DNA of 64,000 nucleotides from Strigamia acuminata (Eukaryota): NCBI GenBank assembly GCA_949358305.1, contig OX442314.1, positions 21,886,001 to 21,950,000 of the forward strand, read 5' to 3'. Shown piece by piece: positions 25,753 to 38,600 of this stretch (position 1 is its first letter; each line of letters starts with the position of its first letter). The notes under the pieces were generated by a model. It saw only the letters and a program-made list of their open reading frames with translations, ran no database searches and was not told where the DNA came from. The position numbers and the translations under genes were made by a program.

Positions 25753-27322
25753 ATGAAAATTCACATCATTCTTTGTACATGCGTTTTTTTGCTGAAACCC
25801 TTTGCCGTAGCTCCAGAACCATTTGTAAATTATTTATTACGTATAATAATATAAATTTAATATCTTCTAAAATAATATTTTTTCAAAGTGTGATTCGACC
25901 GGCGTTAAGAAAAATACTACCTTCTTTAGTTACGTCTTCTGGGGTATGTACTATGTAGATAAGTAAGTAAAAATATGAATTAATTTTTTTTATTTAGGAA
26001 AATAAAGAACAGTTTACACACTGTGCACTGACGTTGGTGCGTGGGGTAAGCAATCAAAACATTTTGCATCTTTGTTTAATACTCATCAACTAACTTATTG
26101 CAGAATTCAAAAGATTGCGAATTTAGTAAATTTGAGTCAAAAGAATTTCCCCATTGCGCCGCAGCTTTCAAAAAGGTAATTCTTCGTTTTACCTATATAA
26201 CTTTGTAACCGCTTGGCCACCCAAGGGTGACCAGCACCACTACCACACACTGCCCAATGGCCCCAAGGTCACCCCTCCTCACGCAGTGAGATGACCCAGT
26301 GAGGGGAAGGAGGGAGCTGAGGGGTGTATAAAGAGAAGAGCGCTGGGTCTCGACCAAGACCTGAAGTCCTGAAGCCAGCAAGAGCAGTCGTGCTCTGGGC
26401 TGACTCTGCTCTCCTCCCTATTCACCATGGTGACGCTCAGTGGTGAGATGGTCAATCCACCAGACTCCAAGAGCCGTTGCATGAGATGTAGAAGTAAGAA
26501 CGGCAGAATAGTTATGTCCAACTGACCACGTCATTCATGGGGATCCCTCCCTGTGTGTTGCGTGCCTTCACGCCACCGCCAAAACGTGGGTAGATGGAAT
26601 ACTCCAACCCCTAGACAATGATTAATAAAGGCCAACAATCCAACAATCTGGAGTCTTGGTCTTATTTTACGTGAGTATGCGGCGTCCCAGGCTACCATGG
26701 CTAAGATTATACCATCACAACTTACAAGTGTATTGCAGCCCCCTGCGTTTTTAAGCTAGGCATACAACGCATGTGCGATACACTTCCCTTTCCATTTTTA
26801 TGTATTTTATTTTTCCACATTTTCTGTGATAAATAACTTATCGACTAATCTCTCTACTATTGTCAGCAAAGCTACCAGTCAGTACTAAAGAATAATTTGG
26901 CAGGATGGTGGTCGAGTTTCATTGAAACTGCCGAAGAATGGATTGTTGAAAAATATTCTGCTGAGAAACCTGAAGAAATATGTGACAATTTTTCAGACTA
27001 CTTACTTAGAAGATTTGATGATTTAGGGGGTAAAAAGAAAGATGAGAAACTACAGGATGAGTATGAGTACTGTACGAGAAAGAGTTCACAGTGTGAATTG
27101 AGAGAGAAAACCTTTTTCACACAGAAGTTTTATGAAGACACTTTATTCCCACTGTACAAAGTTTTTAATTCAGCAAAGAAGAATCCTACTATTGGCGATC
27201 TTTTCAAGGAAATTGCAAGAGTACTTTTGTATAAGGGTCTTCCTGATGCTAAAAAGGAATCTGTTGATTTAGGAAATTGTCTAGCTAATTTAGCTGATGC
27301 TCTTAAGAAAAAATTGAACTAA
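25753..27322 (+). pseudogene. Secreted protein family copy 2; 14-nt deletion in exon 2
   Basis: Same five-exon structure as copy 1; exon 2 is 55 nt instead of 69 nt; last exon 26867-27322 is open. Confidence 0.75.
26204..26719. mobile_element. Solo LTR, paralogous copy in intron 4 of copy 2
   Basis: TGT...ACA ends, ACTT TSD, same site as 14182-14701. Confidence 0.75.
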
Positions 27323-29756
27323 AACTAATTAGTTTTGACATTAACTAAACATGCATATTTAATTTATGGATTTCGTAGATTTTTTTTTCTCTGTGTAAAC
27401 TCAGATTGGTTATTGGAACTGTATCGTTATTATTGTTAACTTTAAACACTAGCTCGGGGTAATAATTTGTACACTAATAACTAAGGAAATAAATCAAGTA
27501 TTGAGATAAGCATCAGTTTGTTTACGATTATACATTTCTTGACGCAGAACTACGTCTTTATCCGCACTAGGCAAGAAAACAAAGGGGTTGCAACAATCAA
27601 CCCAGAGAACGGAAATTTGAGGTAGAAACCACGACAATCTGTAAAACTCAAACCATCGCATACAAAAGCCGTCTGTTGTCGGCGCAAAGCCAATTGTAAA
27701 CAACAACAAAACCACAGCCACAATTTCCGCAACCTCATCTAAAAAAAGCAGAAATTCTGCCGGATGTAGGACAGTAAAAACTGTGCTTCTTTGTAATTTT
27801 ATATTATATCGAACCATTAGCAAGGCTTAAAATTTAAGTTGAAAATGCTGAAGTTACTAATGAGAAACTTGAGAAACAAACTTTTATCAGTTTCAACTAA
27901 TGTTTAAAATATTTTCTAATTTGCACACAGTATTAAAGATGTTTGTTGCGAGAATCTCGTCCAATTATTCGCAATGAACATCCACCATGTTCTAAAATAA
28001 TTTATAAATGTTTCTATGACGTATAATGTGATGGCTCACAAGATGCAATTACATTAGGCACTAAATTTAGCCGTAAGTTTGTATTATTACTTTTTGTTTT
28101 TGTTTTATACCAACTGTTGCTGCGCAAGTGAGCTAATTTTTTCTTTCATCTACATCTAAGTTATAATAATACACAGTTTGCTAACCGAGCCGACAGTGGA
28201 ACTGAAAATAGCAGAGCCAATCTGGTAGTTTTTCACGTTTTACATCTATGACCAAAAATTGGAAATGCCGGCTGCTTGTGATTGCCGCCAATTACCCTGT
28301 TTCAAATACAACGGAAAGATGGATAAGTAAGTTTGATCCAGAACGATTAAACACACGACTTACTATTATCCGCTATTTTTAGTGTATTAGTAGTGTTTTC
28401 ACGAACAAATGTGAATCAGGCACCACCTAACTACAGGCGTTTATCCATTGTTGGTATTGTGTTGGTTTTGAACAATTTTCCATTTGTCAAAAAAGACATC
28501 ATTTTTAAATAATTTTAACCCCACAAACAAAATAAAATCACTGGAAATGTTGTTTAAGGTGTAACTTGAACTCGCAGAACTCCATCCTCCATCCGTTAAA
28601 AATAAAAAAAATTAGCGCAAAACAGTCAACTTTTGGCTCAAAAACTAGCCGCGATAATAATTCTGAATGAGATGTTACAGGAGATATCAAACGAGATGTC
28701 ACACGAGATGTGTCACAAAAACCGCTGTCGTCTATAGCGATGACATTGTCCTTACTGCTAGTTCTTCAACTCAGCCATAGATGGCAGCGTTTTCGTGACA
28801 CATCTCGTGTGACAACTTGTTCAGAATCACCAGTCACTACTGTGGCTAAAGAAAACATTTTTAAACACCAGTACATCCTCACTTCTAGAAATTTAAAATT
28901 TTAATACAACTGCAGACATGAACATCTGCAGAAATTTGGATTTATTGCAAAATGAACATTTGCGAATACCGGTATTCACACATTGCTAAAAAAAAAATTA
29001 AAAAATAATAAAACAGAATTTGTAAATGTTTAATCAGAGCTAGTCAACAACTGTACTTACAATTTAAATACAGATGTACACAAAAATCAAATATGTTTTG
29101 GAATTGCGACTTAATTTATAGCTACTTCCTCCACACCTGCATTTACGCGGGCCGATCATATTGTCTGTGGCCATCTCAACATTGGCCCCTTTTCGATAAT
29201 TTCCCTATGCAAAGTACGTATATCAGCCGGTCATCTCGTCGATGTACAGGCTACCGGTATATAAATCTTATACGTTATTATTTAATTTAAATTAAGTTCT
29301 CTATTTAGATAACCTAGAAAAGGCAGTTGGTTTTGAGCCAGCTCTAGATATTGCAGTAGTGCTTTTTGCTGGTGAAATACACTTGCTGCTTGTTGCAGAT
29401 CAATCTACTATTCCGGTTTTCCTACAAGACTGCTTCAATGTGAAAAGATACATGGTGTGTTTGCTGTACTGCACAGACCAATGCACTTCGAATGCCTTGT
29501 TAGTTGATGACGCTGTTGCCACAACTCCCCCTGCATTTCCTATGAATAAATCACCAGTGTATTAACAAAAGTTGTTAATATACACCTTGTGTGTTCGTGA
29601 TCTTTGATGACATCCGCAGTGCTGGACTGGCCCGTGGCCGCTGTGGTCTGTCGCGGCCCGCTGTGGCCTGTCCCGACTTCATTAATTGTGGCCCGGACAC
29701 CCAGATTTCCCGGCAATAAATTTGATCCCTGTCCAGCCCTGGACCCCTGTAAGGTG

Positions 29757-30424
29757 TACTTTAGAATTGGGCCCACTTCAGAATGGGCCCAAAATTTGGT
29801 TACTTATCAAAAAAAGTATGCTGGGACCGAAAATGACACTCAAAAGTGTCGGAAATCAAGTTATGTGGTTGAAAACGCTCCGTGAAAGCTGTCGTTTACA
29901 TAGGCAAGTGGCTGTGTGGCCGCCATTGTTGCTCGATTATCTGGTTACTTGGTTACTTGGCTATCTGGTTTGTATAAAAAAAACTGGATACGGTGAGGTT
30001 CGCGGGGGGTCAAGGGGGGGGCTGGCGCCCCCCTTGTTAGAAAAAAAAGAAAAAACACGCAATTCTTACCCAAAGTGTCGGAAATTAAGATCCTGGATAC
30101 AGGGTTCTGATATTATCCAGGAGAGCATGAAAGTGGTCAATGCCTCTGTCTCTGTTGCAGGTTTTCATTGTTTAAATTTTCACGGCTGCCGCTTCGAGTG
30201 GAAATGGCGGCAGCGCCGTGAAAATTTAAACAATGCAGCATCTAACAAGCAACAATGGCGGCCACACAGCCACTTGCCTATGTAAACGACAGCTTTCACG
30301 GAGCGTTTTCAACCACATAACTTGATTTCCGACACTTTTGAGTGTCATTTTCGGTCCCAGCATACTTTTCTTGGTAAGTAACCAAATTTTGGGCCCATTC
30401 TGAAGTGGGCCCAATTCTAAAGTA
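29757..30424. mobile_element. Foldback/MITE with ~175-bp TIRs, preceded by a small hAT-like MITE (29618-29741)
   Basis: tactttagaattgggcccac... inverted at 30247-30424; absent at the paralogous site near 50170; partial copy at 52551. Confidence 0.75.
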
Positions 30425-30703
30425 TATCCCATCTGTGAAAGCGCTCACCACCGTGTGCAAGCGATCACCATTTGGAGCTGCTCCGGAGTCCAGGACGACA
30501 TCCGTGAGCGAGTGAGGCCAACCTTTTCCGCCATTTTCCCTTTCAACCATTGTTGCACAATTTCCATTGTCTTCATCTAGTTCTTTGTTTAGCTTAGCTA
30601 ATACTAATCATTATTATTCAATTTGTACTATTAACTGTGTAATAAAATTCTAACTACGATATTTCAATAATAAAACCTTCTATTTCATTCCCTAGACACC
30701 CAT

Positions 30704-30934
30704 TGTAAACTGAGAGAGAAAACCTTTTTCACACAGAAGTTTTATCAAGACACTCTATACCCACTGTACAGATATTTACATTCAAACAATAAAAATCCTG
30801 CTATTGGCGATATTTTCAAGGAAATTGCAAGTGCAGTTTTGTATATGGATATTGCTGATGCTAAAAAAGAATCTGTTGATTTAGGAAATTGTCTAGCTAA
30901 TTTAGCTGATGCTCTTAAGAAAAAATTGAACTAA
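30704..30934 (+). pseudogene. Secreted protein family copy 3, 5'-deleted (end of last exon only)
   Basis: CKLREKTFFTQKFYQDTLYP...NCLANLADALKKKLN* followed by the shared 3' flank. Confidence 0.8.
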
Positions 30935-33554
30935 AACTAATTACTTTTGACATTAACTAAATATGCATATTTAACTTATGGATTTTGTGGATTTTTTTTC
31001 CTCTGTGTAAACTCAGATTGATTATTGGAACTGTATCATTATTATTGTTAACTTTAAACATTAGCTCGGGGTAATAATTTGTACACTTGTGACGGTTACA
31101 CTGTCATGCACTTTGTTAGTATAGGACGATTACTTCACCAATAGATGGCGCTGATGCGTTTTAGCGGTAAATTCAAATTTCGACAATTTTTGAGTGAATA
31201 AAATATAAATTACTATTTATATTTTATTCCACTGCAACTTTAGACACTTTTAAATACTTTTGGATGTTCAAATGCTAGTTGATTTATTTGTCACATAATT
31301 CTATTGAATTATGTGCAAACTCTACACCTGGTGAAGTCACCCCCCATCACCCACTGTGAGTTGGACTCCTTTTGGATTATAGTCAAAGGGACTTAATCCA
31401 AAATGTGTCCTGCGTATCCAGTTCCTGTTTTGGACCTAGTAGAAGACTATGTCCTGAGTATCCACTTCCTATGACCTAGGATTGGATGGATTTGACTGCC
31501 CAGTGATCCCATTGGATCACTGAACAGCTATTCTCCTCACCGAGTATATATCCCCCTGCAAAACGGATATAGCTCGCTCTTGTTCTGTTTTTGTTTGATA
31601 CTGATATTACTTGAGCACATATTATACTTCTCTGCGTTCCGACAATCCGTTGTAGAAATACTTTGTATTTAGTGTAAGTATCTAGAGTGGGTAGAAGACT
31701 CACAGACACACTGCCCGCCTCTTCATGCCAACATTCCGTTGTAGAAATGTTGTGACTAGAGTGAGTAATTCACAGACACATTTAAGTGTAGTATCTAGAG
31801 TGGGGTACAACCCACAGACGCACTCCCTCCAGCTTCATGCCAACATTCCGTTGTAGAGTGCAGAATCTAGAGTGGAGTAAAATTCACAGACGCATTGGTA
31901 ATGTAGAATCTAGAGTGGAGTATTTATATTTCACAGACGCATTATCAGAGTAATCGACGCGGAGTAATTTCCCGGTTACTCTCCCGCCAGCCAGGACCGA
32001 GTGGAGTAATTTCCCGGCGATGGATAACCTTTCCTGCGAGATATTTCGATTCAATTCGTTATTGGTTTGACGGAACATTTAAGTCTAACTTAGATGTTGA
32101 TTGCACTCGGGGCAAAAAATAGCTCGGCGCTATTTTAATATATTTTACTTATTTTCATAGTTTTAGTTAAGTTTGTGACTCTAAAATATCATGATTAATT
32201 CCATAGAATTAATATGAATATTTATTCTCACATTGTTACATCTCGCGGTAATTATTGATTACAACAATTATCTGCGATGCGATGTGTGTGACGATACAGA
32301 AAAGTCAACCGCACCTCTCGGATATAACCCACCCAGCCTAACCATTTACACGCCTTTTAGAACCAAACCCCGGACCATTTAGAAGCCAAAGCCATTCATA
32401 GATGACATCTTTTACGTCACAGCAATAAGACCGTTACAAATTCTTATTGCATGACTGAAGCCTTCAAATGATATTATTTCAGGGCTTTTGCCAAACAACT
32501 GTATAGTTTAACTTCTCGTCATTTTAGCCACTTGTAGGCATAGTATTTATATAAGGTTCAAACCGGAATAAATGTTATATGTTTCGAGAAAACATCAGGT
32601 TTGCATATTTTACATTTTCACACAGATAGTTCACACTTTAGTTTAGCAATTGCTATCTCCAGAAGGTAATCGTCACACGTGGAGGTCCCACCGAGATAGG
32701 TTGCATTTTATCGAAGTGAACTCTGTGATCAAAGTGTAAATTGAAAAAATGAATTTTCTTGATTATTTTATATAGATATTATAATTAGAAAATTTCCGAT
32801 TTTTCTCTATAAATTTACTGTGAAATATCCATTTGTTTTCAAAAAATTCTCATTATCTTTTGGAAATATCTGAATTCGAATTTTTGGATTATTTTGAAAA
32901 AAACTCATTATAATTCCGAATCTCTTACGAAAAATCTATTATGATTTTATTGAGTTTCCCAGAATATTCAGCTATATTCTGGAAAATTTCGAAACCTTGA
33001 ATTTTGATCAAAAAACGAATTTGACTAGAAATCCTGCTGACTGAAAAATAAAAAGTTAAAGTATTTTATTTTGCTGGTTAAAAACTTGACCAAGTTTCTA
33101 TTGTTCTGTTTTCAATGTTTTTGATTATTATTTTAATCTTTAACAAAGTAAAGAATGTGACAAAGAGAACCACTCACGATGCAGCTCGGAGTAGGTCATC
33201 CAGATGTGACATTGTTGAGAATTTCGGATTAGAAATTATCAGGAATTTGTCAACATCGCCAATCACAGCAGACTGTCTTGACAAAGGAGATTTTCCGGAA
33301 GCTAGTTTGACAACCAATATTCAGCCACACTTGCTTTTCGACAGTGCGACCATCCAGTTGTGCCTTTGTGACCAGTGCCCGTTTGGACCATTCTTGACCA
33401 CGCAATAGGACAGTTTTTCCGAAGCCACTTCAGTTTCAGCAGCTAAGGTTGTATTTTTTCAAATTATTTCTTAGTTTAATATTAAGCGTGTTACATTTAC
33501 GCTAGTTCAGTTAAAGTTTATTTTTTCTTTTGTACGTGTATTTCTTTGAGTATT

Positions 33555-35603
33555 ATGGCCCGTAGACCTGTAAGAGTTCGTGGAACACGAGGAAATCGTG
33601 GAGCACGACGACGTGGTGGTATGTGTGAAACACCAAGAGGAATTGTGGAGTCTGATCTAGAAAGCCAGGGGGAAGAGAATGTTCCTAGAGACGTTTCCAA
33701 CCCAGGTAGTTCTCGAACGGATCCACTATCAGTCCCACATGATTTAGAAGTTTACTGTCGCCATTACCAATTGGAAGTGACGCAGTTTTCCTCTTTGTGT
33801 GAAGCTCAACAATACACGGCGAATAATCATCACGAGAGAAATCGTGTAATTACTCCCGATGTAGTTGTAACCAACGAACGAAGTGTTTCTGTAGATCGAA
33901 CTGGCCCTCGTTCGCCGGCCACATATCGCTACCAGCAATTGCCTGGATGGCGAATGAATGTTGCTCGTGACGACAATGGGCAGTTAAATTCTTCACTATC
34001 TGTTCAACCTTCGATTCAGTTACCAACTAGTTCTTGGCGATCGAATTCGGCCGAAAGAATGGGAAATTCCGGACAAGGAAATATTTCGGCGCCAATTCCC
34101 CGAAATTTACCAAGTGCGACGGCTGTAAATAATATTTTACCCGCTCCCACTGGGAATTTGAATGATTCTTTCAGAGTTCCACAGCCTCGAACTAATCTGT
34201 CGGTCCAACCAAGGGGGAGAAATGAAAATTATCAAAATTTTCAATCTCACACCCAATCTGATGGAGATTTTAGGAATTATAGAAATTCCCGCTCTCAAGG
34301 TGGACGAGCTCCGCCGAGAAATCAACGATTTCCCGGAGCTCCTGGTGATCCTCGTGACTCCGATCCTAACTCGAGTAGTGACGAATCTCACGCTGGTGGA
34401 GGGGGAAATTATAACAATAATTTCCACCGACGTAATAATTCTCGTTCTCCTCCGCCACCTGATAGACGCCAAAATTTTCGAGGAGAGCCAAATCCGCCAC
34501 CCAGAGACCAAGAAAGTCGGTCTACACCCAATTCGAACTCTGCTTCTAATTTGTCGGACGAAAATGTAAAACAAATTATTCAGGGTTTAGTTGGTCAAAT
34601 CCGAAGCCCGAGTAATCCCAGTCAGAATTTTGGAAAAGGAATCGAGATTCCTATTTTTGACGGGAAACAGACAGAGGTTGCGCGATTCCTTGAAATCGTC
34701 AAAGCTGTCGCACTCGGGAAAGGCATCCCTTTAGACGACATGGTACACACTGCTGTACCTGGACGACTATTAGGCCATGCACAACGTTGGTTCCATAAGC
34801 AACGCCATACTTTTAACAGTTGGCGAACTTTCGAAGCCTCTTTTCTCGATTGTTTCGACCTCGTTCCACTTACAAGAGAAAGGCGACTTCTTAATGTAAA
34901 ACAACGAGCCGACGAGTCACTTTATAGTTTTCTTCTGCGTTATACGCAAGAACAAGGTGAAGTGCCGCCAGGTGATAAAACTGGACGTGCGCAATTATTC
35001 GACAATTTAACTCAAGAAAGTTTCACGGCGTTATGTACACAAGGAATGTATGGTAACTTTACAGTAGATGACATTCTACAATATGTAGGAGCAAATCGCT
35101 CTAAGTTTGAAAGTTCTCAACTTGCAGCAAAATTGGAGTACGATAATCGAGAGAATCATCCTACTCCCAAACTTCACGAAAAATCTAAGATTTTTCCATC
35201 TAAAACTTCACTACGTTTAACGCAAACTCAAGATGAAGTTGAAAATGAAGACGAGTCGGAAAATGACGACTCAACTGACGATGGTTCAATGGAGCGATTA
35301 TTTGCCGCCCAGTATGAAAAGACTACTGGAAAATGCTTTTTCTGTCACGAGCCTGGACATTTTAAAAGAGAATGTCCCGCCCTTGCCAAAAAATTAGCAG
35401 GGAAAACAGACTCGTTAAATTCGAATAAAAGATTTAACCACTCTGCTCCCAACCCCGAGTTTAAACGACCCAAACAAAATTGGGTTACGTCAGAAACTTT
35501 AGACTCCAAATTTACTGACTTCCAGAAAAACATGGTTGACCTGTTAATTAAGCATTTACCAGCAGCCACTGAGTCAGTCACTCCCGACGAGACAAAAAAC
35601 TGA
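33555..35603 (+). CDS. gag: Gag (capsid domain and CCHC zinc knuckle, long disordered N-terminus)
   Basis: IPIFDG..LLGHAQRWF..SW..F; CFFCHEPGHFKREC. Confidence 0.9.
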   Translation: MARRPVRVRGTRGNRGARRRGGMCETPRGIVESDLESQGEENVPRDVSNPGSSRTDPLSVPHDLEVYCRHYQLEVTQFSSLCEAQQYTANNHHERNRVITPDVVVTNERSVSVDRTGPRSPATYRYQQLPGWRMNVARDDNGQLNSSLSVQPSIQLPTSSWRSNSAERMGNSGQGNISAPIPRNLPSATAVNNILPAPTGNLNDSFRVPQPRTNLSVQPRGRNENYQNFQSHTQSDGDFRNYRNSRSQGGRAPPRNQRFPGAPGDPRDSDPNSSSDESHAGGGGNYNNNFHRRNNSRSPPPPDRRQNFRGEPNPPPRDQESRSTPNSNSASNLSDENVKQIIQGLVGQIRSPSNPSQNFGKGIEIPIFDGKQTEVARFLEIVKAVALGKGIPLDDMVHTAVPGRLLGHAQRWFHKQRHTFNSWRTFEASFLDCFDLVPLTRERRLLNVKQRADESLYSFLLRYTQEQGEVPPGDKTGRAQLFDNLTQESFTALCTQGMYGNFTVDDILQYVGANRSKFESSQLAAKLEYDNRENHPTPKLHEKSKIFPSKTSLRLTQTQDEVENEDESENDDSTDDGSMERLFAAQYEKTTGKCFFCHEPGHFKRECPALAKKLAGKTDSLNSNKRFNHSAPNPEFKRPKQNWVTSETLDSKFTDFQKNMVDLLIKHLPAATESVTPDETKN

Positions 35604-35634
35604 TTCAGGGGGTTGTTCAAGTTGCCCAACCCCC
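35594..35634 (+). promoter_or_regulatory. -1 ribosomal frameshift signal
   Basis: A AAA AAC slippery heptamer at the end of gag, then stem gggggttg/caaccccc 7 nt downstream; the -1 frame is open into pol. Confidence 0.85.
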
Positions 35635-38600
35635 GCTTAAAGAGTTGTTTCCTTTCTCGGAATTGTCAAATGATTTATTTTTACGAAAAGATGAATTTAA
35701 ATTAAGACATAAGCCTAGTCATCTCACAGTACCTTATGTCGATGATTCGAAGAATAAACCACCATCGTTGGTCATTTCTTACGAAGCAGTACCTGTCTGT
35801 CGAAAGACTAGCAGCTCTAGTGGCGGTGTCGATGAAAATTTAAAAGTCATGACAGACCAACTAGAAAATTTGAGTATTTTCAGTGGAAGCTGGAATGCAC
35901 CCAAGAAACCGCTTGTACCCAAGGTTTTCAAGTTAAGAAAACTTCTTAAACTTGAAAAATGGAACAAGAAAGAACGAAAAGTATTGCTTGGCAAACTTTG
36001 CAATAGCAAATTAATTAATGGTGGCAAAGATGATCCGCGTATGAATGTCCAAATTGGAGGTTTGGATTACAACGCACTAATGGACTCTGGAGCCACCCAA
36101 TGTTTTATTGGAGTACAACTCCTCTCAAACACGGAAATTCCGGTGGAATTCATACAAGAATGTCCCCGGGGAATGCGTGTCTGCGCGGTCGGAATAGATC
36201 ACCGACCTATCGGTCAAGTTTGTCTTTGTGTCAAATGGGCCGATAAAAGGAGAGTTACACCTATGACCTTCATAATTCTACACAAGAATGTATGTGGGTT
36301 GATTTTGGGTCACAATTTTATGCGTAGAACGGGGATAAACCCTAATCCCCGACGAGCAGTGTTCACCTGTGATGACATGCCCGGATGGACAGCCCCGTAC
36401 GAGACCACTGAACTTAACTGTTGCTTAGCAAGCATTAAGACTTTGGGTCTCCAAGGTGAAGGAACTCCCACTTCACCGGACTGGGCAGAAAAACTCGTCG
36501 AAGGCTGCAACAGTTCGGCGGAAGAAAAACAGTTACTCGTAAACGTTCTTGTACAATTAAAAAACGTATTTCGAGACCAACTGGGCTGTACGAAGGTGGC
36601 CAAGCACAGCATCAAGTTTAAACCTGGTGCTACTTGGAAACACCAGCCATATAGAATGTACAATCCGGCCAAGAAGGCGATTATGACGGAATTGGTCGAG
36701 GAGTTGGAGGCCGATGGGTTGATCGAACCTGCCACTGGCCCTTATATAAGTCACCCCGTCATAGTGGCTAAACCCGGCGGGAAGTATCGATTATGTATCG
36801 ACTACCGCTGGTTGAATGCGATCACAGAAGTTGATGCAATTCAAATGCCAAGTATTGACCTATTAATTCACCATACTAATCAGGCCAAGTACTTTACATC
36901 CATTGATTTAACTAAAGGTTATCATCAAATGGAAATGGAGGAGGAGGATAAGAGCAAAACTGCTTTTTACACCCCAAAAGGCAAATTTCAATTCAAGAGA
37001 TTGCCATTTGGTCTTTGTAATGCACCTAGTTCTTTTCAACACCTCATGACTACCGTATTGGGTGACTCTTTATATAAACATGCTCTGGTCTATTTAGACG
37101 ATATAATTATTTTTTCCGACACATGGGAAAATCATTTATTACATATTAAAGACGTACTTGAGAAGTTGGATGCCGCGAACCTAACTATCAATAAAGACAA
37201 GTCAAAATTTGGTCGAACATCATTACGATTTTTAGGCCATTTAATTTCGGAGGGATCTCTTCTTCCAGACCCTGACAAAGTCTCGGCTGTAAGGAATTTT
37301 CCCAAACCGACTTGCTCTAAAGACATTCAAAGATTTGTAGGACTTGCGAATTTTTTCCGAAAATTTATTCCTAACATCGCAAATATTGCTCGTCCATTGA
37401 CCAATATTATGCATGATCAAGCAAAGTTTGTGTGGGATGATCCACAAACAACTGCATTCGAAACTATCAAAGATATTTTGTGTGACAAGGACCAAGCCCT
37501 TCTCCACATGCCAGATATGAATAAGCCTTTTGTCATTTTGACAGATGCTTCTCATTCAGGCTTAGGTGCAGTACTCTGTCAAGACGTAGAATTATTCTGT
37601 GAAAAGAAACAGAAATTAATAATGGTCCCGAAAGCAGTCGCGTACGCCAGTCGAGTGTTACACGGGGCCGAAGTAAGGTATTCTACGCCGGAATTGGAGT
37701 GTTTGGCTGTTGTATGGGCAATCGAAAGATTTCGCCCATATATTGAATACACGACTTTCACTCTCGAGTCCGATGCTAAAGCCCTTAGCTGGTTGATGAG
37801 TACGCCGGAACCATCCGGAAGGTTTGGTCGTTGGGCCGTCAAAATACAATGTGGCGCGTTTAAAATTATTTTTAGACGCGGCGCAATGAACCAAGTAGCG
37901 GACGCGTTATCACGCGCTCCACTATCTGCACTAGACACTCCGGATTATGATTATATCGAGCCAGAGGAGATCACCCATTTCTATCCAACTTGGAATGGAA
38001 ACAGGTGTGCATCTTTACAAGTGACGGAAACTGAGCGCAAACATTTTCTTACAAATGTTGGCCTTAGTTTAGACTTTTTCTCAGAATCATATAATCCAGT
38101 TAGATTTCATGATTCTGGAGAAAAGGGGGAGGAAGAAGGATGTACAAGAGAAAATTGCAGACATATAGATGTCCACAATTGTAATCACGAAAATGTACAC
38201 ACTGCGCTAACAGATATCCTAAAAGTAGTTCCGCCGACGCGAGACGAAATTATCGAAGCGCAGCTTAAAAATCCAGCATGTAGTAAAATCCTTGTTTACC
38301 TAAAAGGAGACGAAAAATTAAAAAATCGTGTCACGGATAAACATTGGTTAAACGCGATTCGTGGCTACACTCTCGACGAACCGGAAGAAAATAAAGGTGT
38401 TATGCTAATTTATTTTGCTCCGACCGATGAGGAAGAGTTAAACGACTCTGGCAACGGGTTTAAGGCGGTAATTCCACGCTCTCTCGTGAGACGTGCATTA
38501 TTCGCATGCCATGGCCACCCACTTACAGGACACGCTGGCATGAGCAAAACCCTAGATAGAGCAAAACAGATGTATTTCTGGCCTAGAATGAGCAAAGACA

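Noticed and set aside
33115..33408. Upstream ORF in the Gypsy leader
   Set aside because: Short, no motif, no independent support
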